Positions 36,870-49,770 of a DNA stretch of 64,000 nt are shown in pieces. Location: NCBI GenBank assembly GCA_013265495.1, contig MU059903.1, positions 496,001 through 560,000 of the forward strand, written 5' to 3'. The translations under genes and the position numbers were made by a program. Under the pieces are notes generated by a model. That model worked only from the letters and a program-made list of their open reading frames with translations, ran no database searches and was not told the origin of the DNA. This DNA is from Vicugna vicugna (taxonomy: Eukaryota). Position 1 is the first letter of the stretch; each line of letters opens with the position of its first letter.

Positions 36870-37260
36870 CCCTTCATGTTTGGCTAGAGAGGCGGTAGGA
36901 ATGGTAAGGGAGCACATGGGAAGGTGTTGCGCATCCTTAGTCGTGAGGGAAGTGCAAATTAAAACCACAGCGGACACTCCCCACCCACCAGAGCAGGGGG
37001 ACCGCTAAGGCTGATAGTATCCCCTGCTGGCGGGACAGGAGGCGGCGGGAGGCCCACCCCGAGCAGTGGAGGGGGGTGGTACTGGGGAAACGGCAGTTTC
37101 TGGCAGAGTTAAGCATTCCTGAGCCCCAGCAATTCCTCGCCTTGGTATCTACCCAAGAAAGATGGAAACACATGTCCACAAAAAGCCACCTACAGGAACA
37201 TTCCCAGCAGCCTTACTGATAGTCACCATGGCCTGCAGAACCCAGGGGCGAGCTCTCCTC
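36870..37260 (+). mobile_element. Decayed L1M ORF2 3' fragment
   Basis: Motifs GAAGTGCAAATTAAAACCAC and CAATTCCTCGCCTTGGTATCTACCCAAGAAAGATGGAAAC. Confidence 0.6.
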
Positions 37261-37814
37261 GACACCCTCCCCAGGTGTGTTCAGAGAGCAGCTCTGGCCT
37301 CAGAAGACCGACAGCTGCCCCTTCACTTCCCAGAAATCCTCTCCCAAATCTCCCACAGCAATAAACTCCAGGCTTTTTTACCCAGAACTCTAATCAGGCA
37401 GAGGCATAGATCGTCCCAGAACCATTGTGATTTTCCCTTGAAATGCGGTTTTTGTACTCAGTATTTGACGAGGGCTGGGTCTGATGTTCTGAGGATTGGC
37501 TGCAGACAAAATCACAAGGCAGCGCTCAGGTCAGACCTCCAGGGCTTCCACAGCTGTCCAGCCCCCGCCCCAACTCCTCTCCACCCACCACCCACTCCGT
37601 GCCGGGAGCAGCCAGCTCCACCCTCGGTCCAAATAAAGTACCAACTAAAGCAGCTGCCTTCTCCCGACTCTAAAAGTGTTTCAAGTCTTAGTTTCCAAAG
37701 CCACATGAGAAAGAATAGGCAGCTATAGTAACGAAAATAATTGAACAGGTTTAGCATCCCTGCAACAGTTAAGATAAAGAGCAGAGAAACCACCATAGCT
37801 GGTAGCATCTGGGC

Positions 37815-38105
37815 AACGCCAGCTCCTCGGGATCCCAGTTCCCGGAGGTTCTGATCCGGGAGGCCTGGGGTCTAGCTCAGGAGTCTGCGTGTGCGCGCAC
37901 GAGCTCGAAATCCCCCGTCGGCCTGATTCTCATCCAGATCCAGGAATTTCTTGAATGAACACACTCATCACAGTCACCGGAGTAAGAGCTTCCTAGGGCC
38001 TGCCACAGAGGTTAATCAAGAGGTCCGGGGCGGAGACCGAGACACTGCATGTGATGAGGCCCTAGGTGATGCTGATGGTACCAGGACCACACCTGGAGGG
38101 CTAGC
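37815..38105. mobile_element. MER5A-like hAT remnants (two pieces)
   Basis: GGTTCTGATCCGGGAGGCCTGGGG and CCCTAGGTGATGCTGATGGTACCAGGACCACAC motifs. Confidence 0.4.
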
Positions 38106-38449
38106 AGCCTAAGTAGACTGAACCGGAGAAACGTTCTCCCCGCACTGGGAAAATGAGCTGCTGACCGCAGAAGAAAAGGCCTCCCCAGGTCTCTGCCATC
38201 GACAGCCTCACCGCCCCAGCTTCAGAGTCACTTCCTCCCAACGCTGCTGGTTCCAGCCGCTCCCCCCTCGTGTGGCCGGACCTGCTGGAGCACGTGTCTT
38301 CTCCCTCATTGGACAGAAGCTCCCTGAGAGCAGGGGCCCACAGGCACCTCCTGTTAAGTAGCCAGCATGACTAGATGGCCTTCCTGCTCAGGTCACTGAA
38401 CTCGCTGACCACGGAGGAGCATGGGACCCTTAGTGTAGAAGGGGTCAGA

Positions 38450-38520
38450 GAACATTTACAGATGAGGAAATGGGCTCAGCAGAAAGGTCCTACCCCACAG
38501 AGTCACACAGCCTGCGAGGG
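38450..38520 (-). mobile_element. MIR SINE remnant
   Basis: CATTTACAGATGAGGAAATGGGCTCAG core motif. Confidence 0.5.
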
Positions 38521-41020
38521 CCACCTGCCTGCCCCGTGCTCCAGGGGGCTGACCCCTGGGGGCTGCATCAGCCCGGCTGCCCTGCTCTCCGGCTTCCGGG
38601 AGCAGGAGGCCAGCAGGCAGGTGACTGCCCCGCTGGGCAGGGGACGCAGCGCGGAGATGTCCCAGGGCTGCTCACAAGAGCCAACCATGTGCTCCCCTTG
38701 CCCCAACTCTGCCTTCAGTGATGTCACGTTGGAGCTTGGAACCAGCCACAGTGGAAGCAGTCACCCCACAGAAGTCACCAGACACCACAGATCCAGGCTT
38801 CTCGCCACAGAGACTTGTTGTCAAGCCTTTACCAATGCCCGCCAGCCTCAGCACCTGCTCCCCCATGCTTCCCTGGGGTGTCCTTACCCCGCCCTCACTT
38901 TGTGATTAGTGTCGCCATCTCTGTGCTGTGTTTTCTGGGGGGACCCTAACCCGGTGAGCTTCCTGGGGTACAGTTAGAAAGAGAACAGCATTACAGCAGA
39001 AAATGAGAAACAACTGAGAGAAAGGGTTAAATCCATCACAGTTCTGCCGTAGAACAGATCACCACCGCAAAGGGCGGCCTTTTAAAAAGAGGCGGCTCTA
39101 TACACTAACAGGTCGTGACTTCCTGGCTGTGGTAGGTGGGGGAAGAGGAACACAGGGAACAGGGTGCACGACTTACTACCTTCTATATTTAAAGAAAAAA
39201 GCAAGAAAACATGCCTGGGTGTTCAGAAATGCAGGGACCACCTCTGGAAGCACACCAGACCCCAGAGGGGAGAGGCCATGGCCGGGGGGCAGGAGAAGAA
39301 GGGAAACTCACTGTTCACTCTGTCCTCTGATGCCCTTTGAATTTTGCACCACATACAAGTACTAGAAAACAGTTTTTTAAGACAGGCACTCCCACTGTCA
39401 GGGCGTGCGGTCCCTGTAGGGCAGGCCTCCACGCTCCGTGCTTAGATGAAGCACTATTTCAAATCCTACGTTCACCTCCTGAAAGTCTGCCTACCACCTG
39501 ATGGCTCATCTAACTTCTAATTACCTGGTAGCCATCGCTTCACTCTGACTAGGTCGCAGCCGTCTCCTGACCAGGGACCACGTCTTCCCCGGGAGCCCTC
39601 ATCCTGAAGCCGGAGAGGCTCAGTGGAGGGAAGATAGGTCGGCAACTCACATGGAAGGCTGCCGAATCCACCAGAAAACAATGGAGCGCCCGGCAGAGAG
39701 CTCAGGGGCTTGGTTGCTAAATACCAGATAGGTAAATTAGCTCCCCAAAAGCGTGTAGCCTGGGATTGCAGGTCGTTTACTGGAAGAAACGTAGGCCTTT
39801 AAGAAAGTACGTTTCTCTTTTGCTTTCCTCCTTCTTCAATGTATCCTGAAGCCCAGCTCCTACTTGGATGCTATGGTCATCTCAGGAAAGATAAAAATAT
39901 CTTCTATCAGCATGCGACTTGCCAAGTTACTAAGGGCACTCAGAAATATGGACACACTAAGTTCGGCCATCCCAGACATGTGGGAGGTCGAGGCGGGACA
40001 AGCAAGCCTGCATGGCTTAAATTAGCTCGTGTGTCCCTCGAGGCCTGATTCCCACAAACTCCAAAAGCACATTTTAAGTCCTTCCAAGATGGTGGCAACC
40101 GTTCCAAATTCATACCAATGCCCAAAATGGACTTTTAAAATGTAAGCATAAACATTCTCCAGATAACCTAGTTAAATTTCTCCACTGAAGTTGTATTTTG
40201 CGCCCTCAATAATCTAGATCAGAACAGGCAGGTGTGTATTAATTGTCAAGTGAGAACAATCTGGAAAGCAGCACATGTCCGTCTGGCTGTGCCCGGGACG
40301 GGCCCTTGTTAATGTGCCACTCGGTCCTTCAGCAGACGCCGTTTCTTACACCTGTGAAGGCTCTTGATCCGGGAAGAGTACAGACTCGTCAGACGACGCA
40401 AACTGGGCCTTGTGGTCAGAGACTTCTTAACTGCAGTTTCACCTGTTCATGTGAATAATCACCTTTTCCCTCTCATTCTCACACTTTCCACCTGGGAACC
40501 GGCATTTGTCAGGCTGGCCCTGCTTGCTCTCTTCCCCAGCTCACTGTCTGCTTGTTCCCGGTCCTCTGACATCCATTTCCTCTCCCAGTGGACACGTTTC
40601 AGAGTGACTGGCGAGATCTTTCCCTGCTGTCCATTGGTGGGAAAGCCCACGGAGAAGGCCTGTGGTCCCCAGTGGGAAGGTGGGAAGTAAATCCAGTGGG
40701 AACTTGCCGGGTCCCTTTGTAGTCTCAGTGCAGCAGGCAGGCCGGGACCCTCCAGGATGGAGCCCCCACCCCCGCAGCATGTGCGATCGCTCTCAGAATG
40801 GACACTGGTGGCAGTGGTCTCACAGGTCTGCTCTTTGCCTCTTGAACAGCCCAGCCTCCTGCCTTTGACTGGGACATCTCAGGTTAGAAGGTCTAGTCCT
40901 GTCCCCGCAGCCACTGCTGGAGCTGCACTGCTCAGACCTGCGCTCTCCGATGTCTCCGAGGGCTCCGAGCCTGCCCTGCTGCCCCCCTCACCTACCTCGC
41001 TGCCCGTGCTCCATCCCCTT

Positions 41021-41032
41021 CGCACGCACACG

Positions 41033-41069
<37 letters not shown>
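41021..41069. repeat. Compound CG/CA alternating purine-pyrimidine tract with (CA)14
   Basis: CGCACGCACACGCACGCGCG followed by (CA)14C. Confidence 0.95.
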
Positions 41070-41071
<2 letters not shown>

Positions 41072-41719
41072 TGAAACTGAAGGGCAGCAGTGGGCCTGAG
41101 AGCAGCCCACCACCTGGTGCCTGTCCACCCTTCCCTCCCAACTAAAGAACTTGTCTTTCATTTGTAAACTGCCTGAGAAGCTGCACTTAAGGCATGTTAA
41201 AGCCTCTGGGCCAGAAGACTGGACGCTGCCCACCTTAGAGAAAGGTCTGTTTTCACCCACATGTTCACATGTCGGAGGTTTGAAGGCCCGCAGGGAGGGC
41301 TGGCTGATTCTGGAGAGACTACGAAGCAGAAGGGCACCTTCTTCAGAGAGGGAGCCCCGAACAAGGGGACAGAAGACAGCTGAGGACGAGCGCTGGCCAG
41401 TGGGCCTCTCCCTACATAGCAGCTGGGCCTCCCTGGGGGCAGGCCAGGGAGGGGCGGCCGCAGCTTGGACTGCTCCTGCCCTCAAAGAAGCCAGTTGAGA
41501 CTTCATATTAAAAAGGTGATTAAAAAGATCGTTATCTCCCGAAACTTAAGTATCTGCAGGGTCCAGGCTGACACAGATGGGGCCGGGGCTGTGAGTGAGA
41601 TGTGTGGCAGTGTGTGGTTGGGAAATACTTTTTCCAAGTTTTCAAAAAATCACTTGGAAAAATTCACCTTCATTAAGTTAAAGATAAGGCTACCAAAGCA
41701 CTCTCAGGAGTCGTTTCTT

Positions 41720-44570
41720 CCGTACTGCTGTGCCTGGACTATCTCGCTGCACGTTGACAGTCTACCTGTCACATCACCCCTCTGCTCAAAACCCTCAAAG
41801 CTCCCCATGCCACTCAGAGTAAAAGCCAAAGTCCTTCAAGAGAATGAAAAGATAAGACACAGACTGGAGGAAAGTAGTGCATTTGCAAAACACACATCCA
41901 ATCAAGGACCTGTATCCAGAATATATGGAGAACTCCTGAAACTCAACAGCAAGAAAACAGACAACCCAATTTAAAAATGGGTTTAAAAAGGAACAGACGC
42001 CTTACCAAAGAAGGCACACAGACGGCAAGACAGAAGAGCACATGAAAAGATGCTCCACATCGTACGTCATCAGGGAAATGGAAATTAAAACACAGAGAGA
42101 TGCGACTGCCCACCCACCAGAATGACACAGACCCAACCCTGGTGACGCCGGGTGCCGGCCGGGGCGTGAGCAGCGGGGACTCTCACCCGCTGCCGGCAGG
42201 AATAAACTGCTGCAGACACAGCGGGAGATGGTTCTTACAGAACTAAACACCCTCTTACCCTGAGGTCCAGCCATCTTGCTTCCTGGGTAAATATGCTTTC
42301 CCCAGATGAGTTGAAAACACATGTCCATACAAAAACCTGAATACAAATGTTTGTAGCAGCTTTATTCGTAGTGGCCAAAAGCTGGAAGTAATCAAGTGCC
42401 CGTCAGTAGGTGAATGAATAAATAGACTGTGGTCCACTCAGACAAGGGAAGATCACTCAGCACTGAAAAGGAAGGAGCTATCAGGCCACAGAAGGACATG
42501 GAGGGAACTTAAATGCATATCACTAAGGGAAAGATGCCAATCTGGAAAGGCCACACACAGCGTGATTCCAGCTCTGTGACATCCAGGAAAAGGTAAAACT
42601 ATGGCAACAATGAAAAGATCAGGAGTTGCTGGAGACTAGGAGACGGGGCAGGATGAGCGGGCGGAGCACAGGGAGGTTTCAGGGCAGTGAAACCATCCTG
42701 TGTGACACCGCGGTGATGGACACATGTCACGTCCAGACCCACAGACCGCACGCACAGAGGGACCCTGATGCACGCTGTGGGCTCCAGCTAGTAATGTAAC
42801 ACCCAAACCACACAAATACAGGATGTTACGAATGGAGGAAAGTGGAGAGCGGTGTATGGAAACTCCCTGTACTTTCTGCTCAGTGTTTCTGGGAACGTAA
42901 AACTGCCCACAAAGTCCACTGATTTTTACGTCAACTCCTTATGATGGCCAAGCAGGCCCTGCGCGGTCTGTGCCATGTTCCCTTGACCTCATCAGCCAGC
43001 TGCACCCTTCCCCAGCTCACACTGGCCTCTGCTGTTCCCAGAATTTGCCAGGCAGGCTCCCACCTCCGGACCTTTGCACAGACTCCCCCCACCCCCACCT
43101 GAAATTCCCTTCTCCCTGATATTCACATCACACCTTTGCTCATATCCCTCAAGTCGTTTTTCAAATGTCACTTTTGGTATGCCTGCCTTCCTGCTGGATG
43201 TGAGATTGCAACGTCACTCTAACTGCTGGCACGCCCCGCCCCCGCCTCCCCCCCCCCCGGTTTCTTGGTCACACTTGTCCTATCTGACATACCATGTAAC
43301 CTACAACGTCCAGTGGGCTCTCCGTGGGCGCCCAGCAGTCTGAACTCACACTCGCCCTCTTTGCCTGAGCACAGGCGCCCTTCTAAGGTCACAATGACCA
43401 GGCTGACCATTCAGCCAGGCCTGCCCAGGACACTGCAGGCGTGCTTGTTGGCCCAGGACACTTAGTCATGGAGCCCTCTCTTCTCCAGGCACACTGCCAA
43501 CACTCTCTGGTTTGGGGGGGTTGAAGCACACTCTCTGGACGTCTTGCAGCATACTGTCTTTCCACTTCCACCGACTGCTGGTCACCACACCCTCTCCAGC
43601 CTCAACTGCCACCTCTCTTAGCCCCCAGGCTCATCAGCATTGCCTGGCCAGCTACTTCCAAGTCCCCAGGCCTTCTTAAGTTCTCACTCTATGATTTCCC
43701 CCTAAGAAATCCCGCACCTCTGTGGTATGACTCCCCAATTTACATCCCAACCCAGGTGTCCTCTCAGAGCCCCGATCCAGCACACTTGGCACTGAAGCCA
43801 CTCATGATCCGCTGGTACCAAGCCCAGGCCCCAGGCCACGGTCCCTCTCCCAGGTGGGGCCGCCATCTGTCCTAGTGTATGGCCAGGGCCCAGGAGTTAC
43901 TTGGGACACCTTCCGCCAGCTCAGCCCACTGTCAGGCCCTGCTACCTGCCTTCCCCTGGTCTCTCCCTGCTCCGTCCTCATGTTTTTGGGAGCACTGGGT
44001 CCATTCCGGTCTCAGCTCCCAGCGCTCTCAGTGGATGACTCCAAGAACTGAACAATGATCTTGTCCATTCTGGATCCATCCAATCTGTTTCCCACACTGG
44101 AAACTCTGGAGGTTTGTTTTAAAAATTCACAATTGATCATATCATTCTTCCCTTCAAAACTCTGAAAAAATATTGAGACCAAATGTCACCCAAGACCCAG
44201 TGCTGCTGGCCTGTGTCTCTCCAGGTGCCCTCGTAGCTCTGCCTTAGTCTCAGGGCCGTGGCCACCCGGGCCGCCTCCCCCTCACTTCCTCTCACCACAC
44301 ACTCCCTCCTCTAATCTCAGCCTGCCCACATCGGAGCCCCTTGGACGCCACTCGTCAAGGAGACCTTCCTGTCCCCACCGCCAGGTGTAAATCAGGTCCC
44401 TCTGCGACACACCTGCAGAAATCTGCTTCTTGCCTTCAGAGCACGTATCTCAACTTGTAGAGCAACAAATTCAGGTGGCACCTTTCAGGTACTTCTCCCT
44501 AACCAGACGGTATGCAAGCCTCTTTGCTAATCATCATGTCTCCCGGCACAATTCTTGAACCACAGCAGAG
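41720..44570 (-). mobile_element. L2 LINE remnants, split by the L1MC insertion at 41845-42920
   Basis: L2-like CCCCTCTGCTCAAAACCCTC...AGAGTAAAAGCCAAAGTCC before the L1 resumes as CTCCTTATGATGGCC...GGCCCTGC after it. Pyrimidine-rich L2-like sequence continues to about 44570. Confidence 0.5.
41845..42920 (+). mobile_element. L1MC-like LINE-1 3' fragment
   Basis: Decayed ORF2 3' end (SRIYGELLKLNSKKTDNPI in ORF 41465..41974) followed by a typical L1MC 3'UTR. Confidence 0.75.
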
Positions 44571-44769
44571 ACCCAATAAAGATTCGATAAGAAAATACAC
44601 AGATAAATAAATGAGCTCTGGGCAATGAATCTAAGTATACTTGCCCTTTAAAATTCTATACATGTTTTCTGAACAACTAGGTTCAAAAGTAGAGGACTGG
44701 CAGTGACATGAACTCAAGCGCCACTGCACACAATACACAGGGTGAGTACTGTCTGGTACCACACACTGA

Positions 44770-46850
44770 GATGTCGTCAACATTCAGTAAACTGCTCGTA
44801 CTTGGAGTGTTCGATCTGAGAAGTTTTCATCACACATTCACTTGTGAAACCATTACTAGAATCAAGATCACGAACATAGCCACCACCCCCAAGGGACTCC
44901 TCGTACCCTCCAAAGTGTCCCTAAGCAAGCACAGGCCCACCTTCTGTCCCCGTAGATGCTGCTGCATTCTGTAGAACTTTACATCAGTGGAATCATACAG
45001 TGTACATTTCTGACTAGCTTCTTTACTCAGCAGAATTTTCATCCATGCTATAGTGTGCTCCCTTTAATGCTGAGTAGTAGTCTGTGCAAATACCACACTT
45101 CGTTTATCCATGTACCAGTTGAAAACATCTGAGTTGGGTCTAGTTTGTAGCTATTAAAAATAAAGTGCAATGAAGACTTGTGCACAGGACTTGGTCTGGA
45201 CATAATCGTTCCCATTTTCTTGGGTAAGTACCTAAATGTGGAATTGCTAAATCATTTGGTTGATGTATGTTTAATACTTTAAGAAAGTGACCATTTTCTA
45301 AAGGGAACCCTCCTACACTGCTGGTGGGAATGCAGTTTGGTGCAGCCACTATGGAAAATAGTATGGAGGTTCCTCAAAAGACTAGGAATAGACTTACCAT
45401 ATGACCCAGGAATCCTGCTCCTGGGCACATATACAGAAGGAACTCTACTTCAAAAAGATACCTGCACCCCAATGTTCATAGCAGCACTATTTACAATAGC
45501 CAACACATGGAAACAGCCTAAATGTCTGCCAACGGATGACTGGATAAAGAAGATGTGGTATATTTATATAATGGAATACTACACAGCCATAAAAATGACA
45601 ACAACTTTTGCAGCAACATGGATGTCCCTGGAGAACGTCATTCTAAGTGAAGTAAGCCAGAAAGAGAAAGAAAAATACCGTATGAGATTGCTCATATGTG
45701 GAATCTAAAAAAAAAGAACATAAATACAAAACAGAAACAGACTCATAGACATAGAATAGAAACTTGTGGTTGCCAAGGGGGTTGGGGGTGGGAAGGGGCA
45801 GACTGGATTTCAAAATTTGTAGATACTGACAGGTATATGTAGAATAGATAAATAAGATTATACTGAGATTATACTGCACAGAGGAATATATACAAGATCT
45901 TGCAGCTCACAGAGAAAAAAAGTGACAATGAATATATGTATGTTCCTGTATAACTGAAAAATTGTGCTCTACACTGGAAGTTGACACCACATTGTAAAAT
46001 GACCACAACTGAAAAAAAAAGAAAGTGGCCATTTTCTAAAGAACTTGCACAGTTTTACACCCACCATCTTACATCCAGCTTTACACCAGCAGCGGGTGGG
46101 AGTTCCAGTTCCTCCACACCCTTGGCAACGCTTGGTGCTGTCAGTCTGTTAAATTTCAGCTGTTCCAGTAGGCGTGTAGTGGTGTCTCACGTGGTTCCAG
46201 TTTACATGTCCCTAACGACTAATAATGTCAAACGCCTTGTCATGTGCTTGTCACCTGTGTATCTTGTTTAGCAAAGCCTCAGACCATCTGTCCATTTTTA
46301 AATTGGGTTGTTTGTCTCCCTGTTACTGAGTCTTGAGAGCTAGTCACATATTCTGGATACAAGTCCCCACTTGCTCGGTGGAATTCAGCAGGGAGGCCGT
46401 CTGGCTTGGAATTGTCTTTATGAGACACTTTTAAACTACAAGTTTAAGTTCCTTAATAGACACAGGGCTCTTAAAGCCACCCATTTCTTCTTGGGCGTCT
46501 GTGTCTTCCATGGGAGTTGAACCTTTCATCTAAGATACAGAATTTATTGGTATAAAAATGATCCTAATACCCCATTATTGTCCTTTAAATACCTGTCGAG
46601 TCTATGTGATTGTTCATATCGGGCATCTGTGTCTTCCCTCCATTTTTCCTGATCAGTCTAAGAGGTTCATCCACTTACTTGATTTTCTCCAAGAACCAGC
46701 TTTGGTTTTGTCAGTTTTCCCTGGTAATTTTCTAGTTTGCCTTTCACAGATTCCCATTCTATTCTTTATTTTCTTTTGTCTGTTACTTATTCTGGGTTTC
46801 ATTTGCCCTTATCTTTCTAGCTTCTTAAGGTGGAGGCTCTCTTACAGACA
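44770..46850 (-). mobile_element. Old L1M (L1MB/L1MC-like) fragment interrupted by the young L1 at 45304-46020
   Basis: Antisense L1 3'-end and ORF2 motifs on both sides of the insertion, continuous across the TSD. Boundaries approximate. Confidence 0.7.
45304..46020 (+). mobile_element. Young 5'-truncated LINE-1 (ORF2 C-terminus, 3'UTR and polyA) with a 23-bp TSD
   Basis: ORF 45337..45708 is the L1 ORF2p C-terminus (DLPYDP..., TPMFIAALFTIA). PolyA at 46012-46020. TSD AAGAAAGTG[A/G]CCATTTTCTAAAG at 45281-45303 and 46019-46041, with a TTT|AA endonuclease site. Confidence 0.92.
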
Positions 46851-49639
46851 ACAGAAGACTTAAATCACGTGCAGGGTGAGTACTCCCCTTTCCAGAATAT
46901 TGTTTTAACAATTCATAAACAGCGTACCTAAGACTCACCCCAACAAAATATAGTTACTATTAGTTATTTGAAGAACGACCTTGGACTGCCGACAGCAGTT
47001 ACTCGAAGTCAGTCCAAGAAGATGTGCTTGGTCAGAGGTCAGAAGCATGGAAACGGACTCTCCATCTCCGTTTCTCGTCCGCTGGTTGCCTCTGGAAGAC
47101 ACTCAGTTCCAGTCCCTTGTCACTTAAAAGCATGGCTTAAAAGTGTGGTACTTTCTGGAAGCTTAACCTTTGCCACAAGTCTGTCAGGAATTTAACCCCA
47201 TTCTATTTATGGAGCTTGTTTTCAAAAGAAACAAAAATACATTAACAAATGCGAGAACTATGACCGGAAAATTTCATGTTTCCGTGAGAAGAACTCTGTG
47301 ACCAGCACCAATGTCTTCTGAGCGTCTCTGAAGGCAGCGATTCCCCAGCCCGTAGACACGGTCACACGGAGCCTGGAGTATGGTCCCACGTGCTCTGACA
47401 GCCTCCTGCCTCTCCTGGAGAGCCAGCAACACAGGCTATTGGTACCAGGACAAGTCCTCTGAAACGCCAGATTTTCTGTCAGAATCCCTGTAACGTTCTT
47501 CCTTAAAGCAAATGACGGAGCCATCATCTTTCGGCAAGCATTCACAAAGCAGTGGGGGTTTTTCCCCCCAAAATTTGTATTCCTGACAGAAGACTTCTGA
47601 ACAAATATACCAACTAGAGATGGAACTTACAGTCTCTTAGGAACTTACACCATCCCAAGGGCAGGCGGGAGGTGGCAGGGCGCCTTCTCGGCCCCAGAAG
47701 CAGCAGTGAGACCCTCAGACCTGAGGAAGAAAGGCACTCACGGGCCGGGACGCTGACAGATGATCCAAAACCAGGCTGCTCTACGGATCTCTGTTAGACT
47801 GCTGACGGAAGTCACACGGCCAGGACAAGACTTCACCGCCAGGAGCTGCACCTTCAAAGTAAACTTGGAAACGAGGATTCCTGTTTTAAACTCAGACACT
47901 TCGGAAGGGACTGGAAAAGGCTGGAAGTATTGTGCTTTTCTTGGTTCTGAATTACATGCACCTTCTTTAGGAAAAAGATAGGAACGTGCTTGGCCCCTTT
48001 AAAAAAAAAAGCTGCTCTAAGTGTAACAATAATCAAAGTTATGCACAAAATACTGTCCTGCAGGGCACCTGCGGCCGCAGTGGGGCTGCAGGGGCGGCAG
48101 CCGCCGGACCTCAGGGGCAGCTGAAACCGGCAGGTGCTCCTGCCCGTAGGGCTGCGGGCCAGCCCGCTCATGTGGCGGGGGAGAACTCCGGTTTGGGTGG
48201 CAGCTCCCCTGATCTCAGCTGGGCTCTCTCCAGTGACGGGAGCTGGTGGGCTGCAGGCGGGTCCAAGAGGCCGCTGGGGGACAGCTGAGCTCTCCGCCCT
48301 GGAGTCTTGCCTCCCTCTGCATCCAGGGCGGGGCTGAGAGTGTGGAAACACACGGGGCCTCCCAAGGCCTGGCTGGGAACGAGCACCTGTCACTTCTGCC
48401 ACATCTCATTGACCAAAACAAGCTGAGGCCAGCTCAGATTCAAGAAGTGAGAGAAGTCTCCACCTCTCAATGGTAAGAGCTACGGGTCACTCTGCAAGGT
48501 GGGGCCACCTCCACAATCTACCCAACACTCCTCTGACTTGCTGGGTACCCTCAGAGGTTGGTCTCTACAGAAGCTCACCACTACGCACCACTGCCCCCAG
48601 CACAATTCAGGAGCTACCATTCATTTAGACTACAGTGTGAATGACTCCCTAGACTGTGCAGTGCACAACTTATACAACCATATGCCACTGCTCTCAGATA
48701 ACCCATCTGTAAAATGATGAGTTTGGGTTGGGAATTCATTCCCCTCAGAATTCACAAATGCTTTACACTTCAGCCCCTATGGTTTCTCTTGTGACTTGTC
48801 TGAAAAGATGGTACAGAACACATGTGTTTCCGTGTTTATGATGTGTACACTAGCATGCATATAGTAGGAACGTGATAAATATATTGGTTAGATTTAAATA
48901 TTTTGAACAAATGTGTTGGAAATGTATGAACATCCCCGCCCCTTCTCCGTGACTTTAGACTGCAGCAGACACTGTCCCACAAAAGCCAGGTGAAGAGCCA
49001 CAGCCTGGCTCATAGGACTTTCAAAATTCACAGCTAAGTTCAAATATATCAACATTAAAGTCAAAAATATAAAAACAACAGGAAATAGGAAATAAGTTCT
49101 CCTAACCTAACTTGGCAGAATTGAAGAGGAAGGGAAAAGTCAGAAGTGGTACCCTGGGCACACAGGGCCCTGGGGCTGCCCCAGAGCCTTCCTGCTGCAG
49201 GCCTAGGGTGGCTGTCCCGGCCCTCACTGCCCATCTGTGACTCAGGGCCTTTCCCATGCATGAAACTCTATATACATGAAACCCGAGCCCCCCGCTCAGT
49301 CCCCCCGGCTCCTGTGAGCCAGCAGCTGTGTGGGGACCCGACGCTAGCCAGAGGGCCCAGGAAGCCAATTCTGTGGTCCCACCGCCCCAGATGATGGTAG
49401 TCTGTCACTGTGGGAAGGGAGGGGCCCCCTACGGTTGCAAGAATCTGCCCAGTTGTGAGAATAAGGAAATATTCCTGGATGTGGGAGGAGTTAAGGTTCA
49501 AATCCTGGCTTAGAGTTTCCTAGACATAGCAGGCAGAGTTTTCAGCACTAACCCATCAAATAATAGTAACTCCCGTCCACGAGGACCTGCTGTGCGCCTG
49601 GCGCTGCGCAAGCCCCTGCACTTACTCAGCTACCCCGAT

Positions 49640-49770
49640 AATGACCCCATTGCCCCAGCAGGCCATTCCCTCCAAGCAGGAGTCATTCATCTTGCTTGTA
49701 GGAGGAGGAAATGGGGGTTCAGAGAAGTTAGGCAGGTTGCCCAACGTCACACAGCAAATGGATGACTGGA
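49640..49770 (-). mobile_element. MIR SINE remnant
   Basis: GAGGAAATGGGGGTTCAGAGAAGTTAGGCAGGTTGCCCAACGTCACACAGC core. Confidence 0.6.

Noticed and set aside
45337-45708. 123-aa ORF with protein-like composition
   Set aside because: It is the C-terminus of L1 ORF2p in a 5'-truncated insertion, not a host gene.
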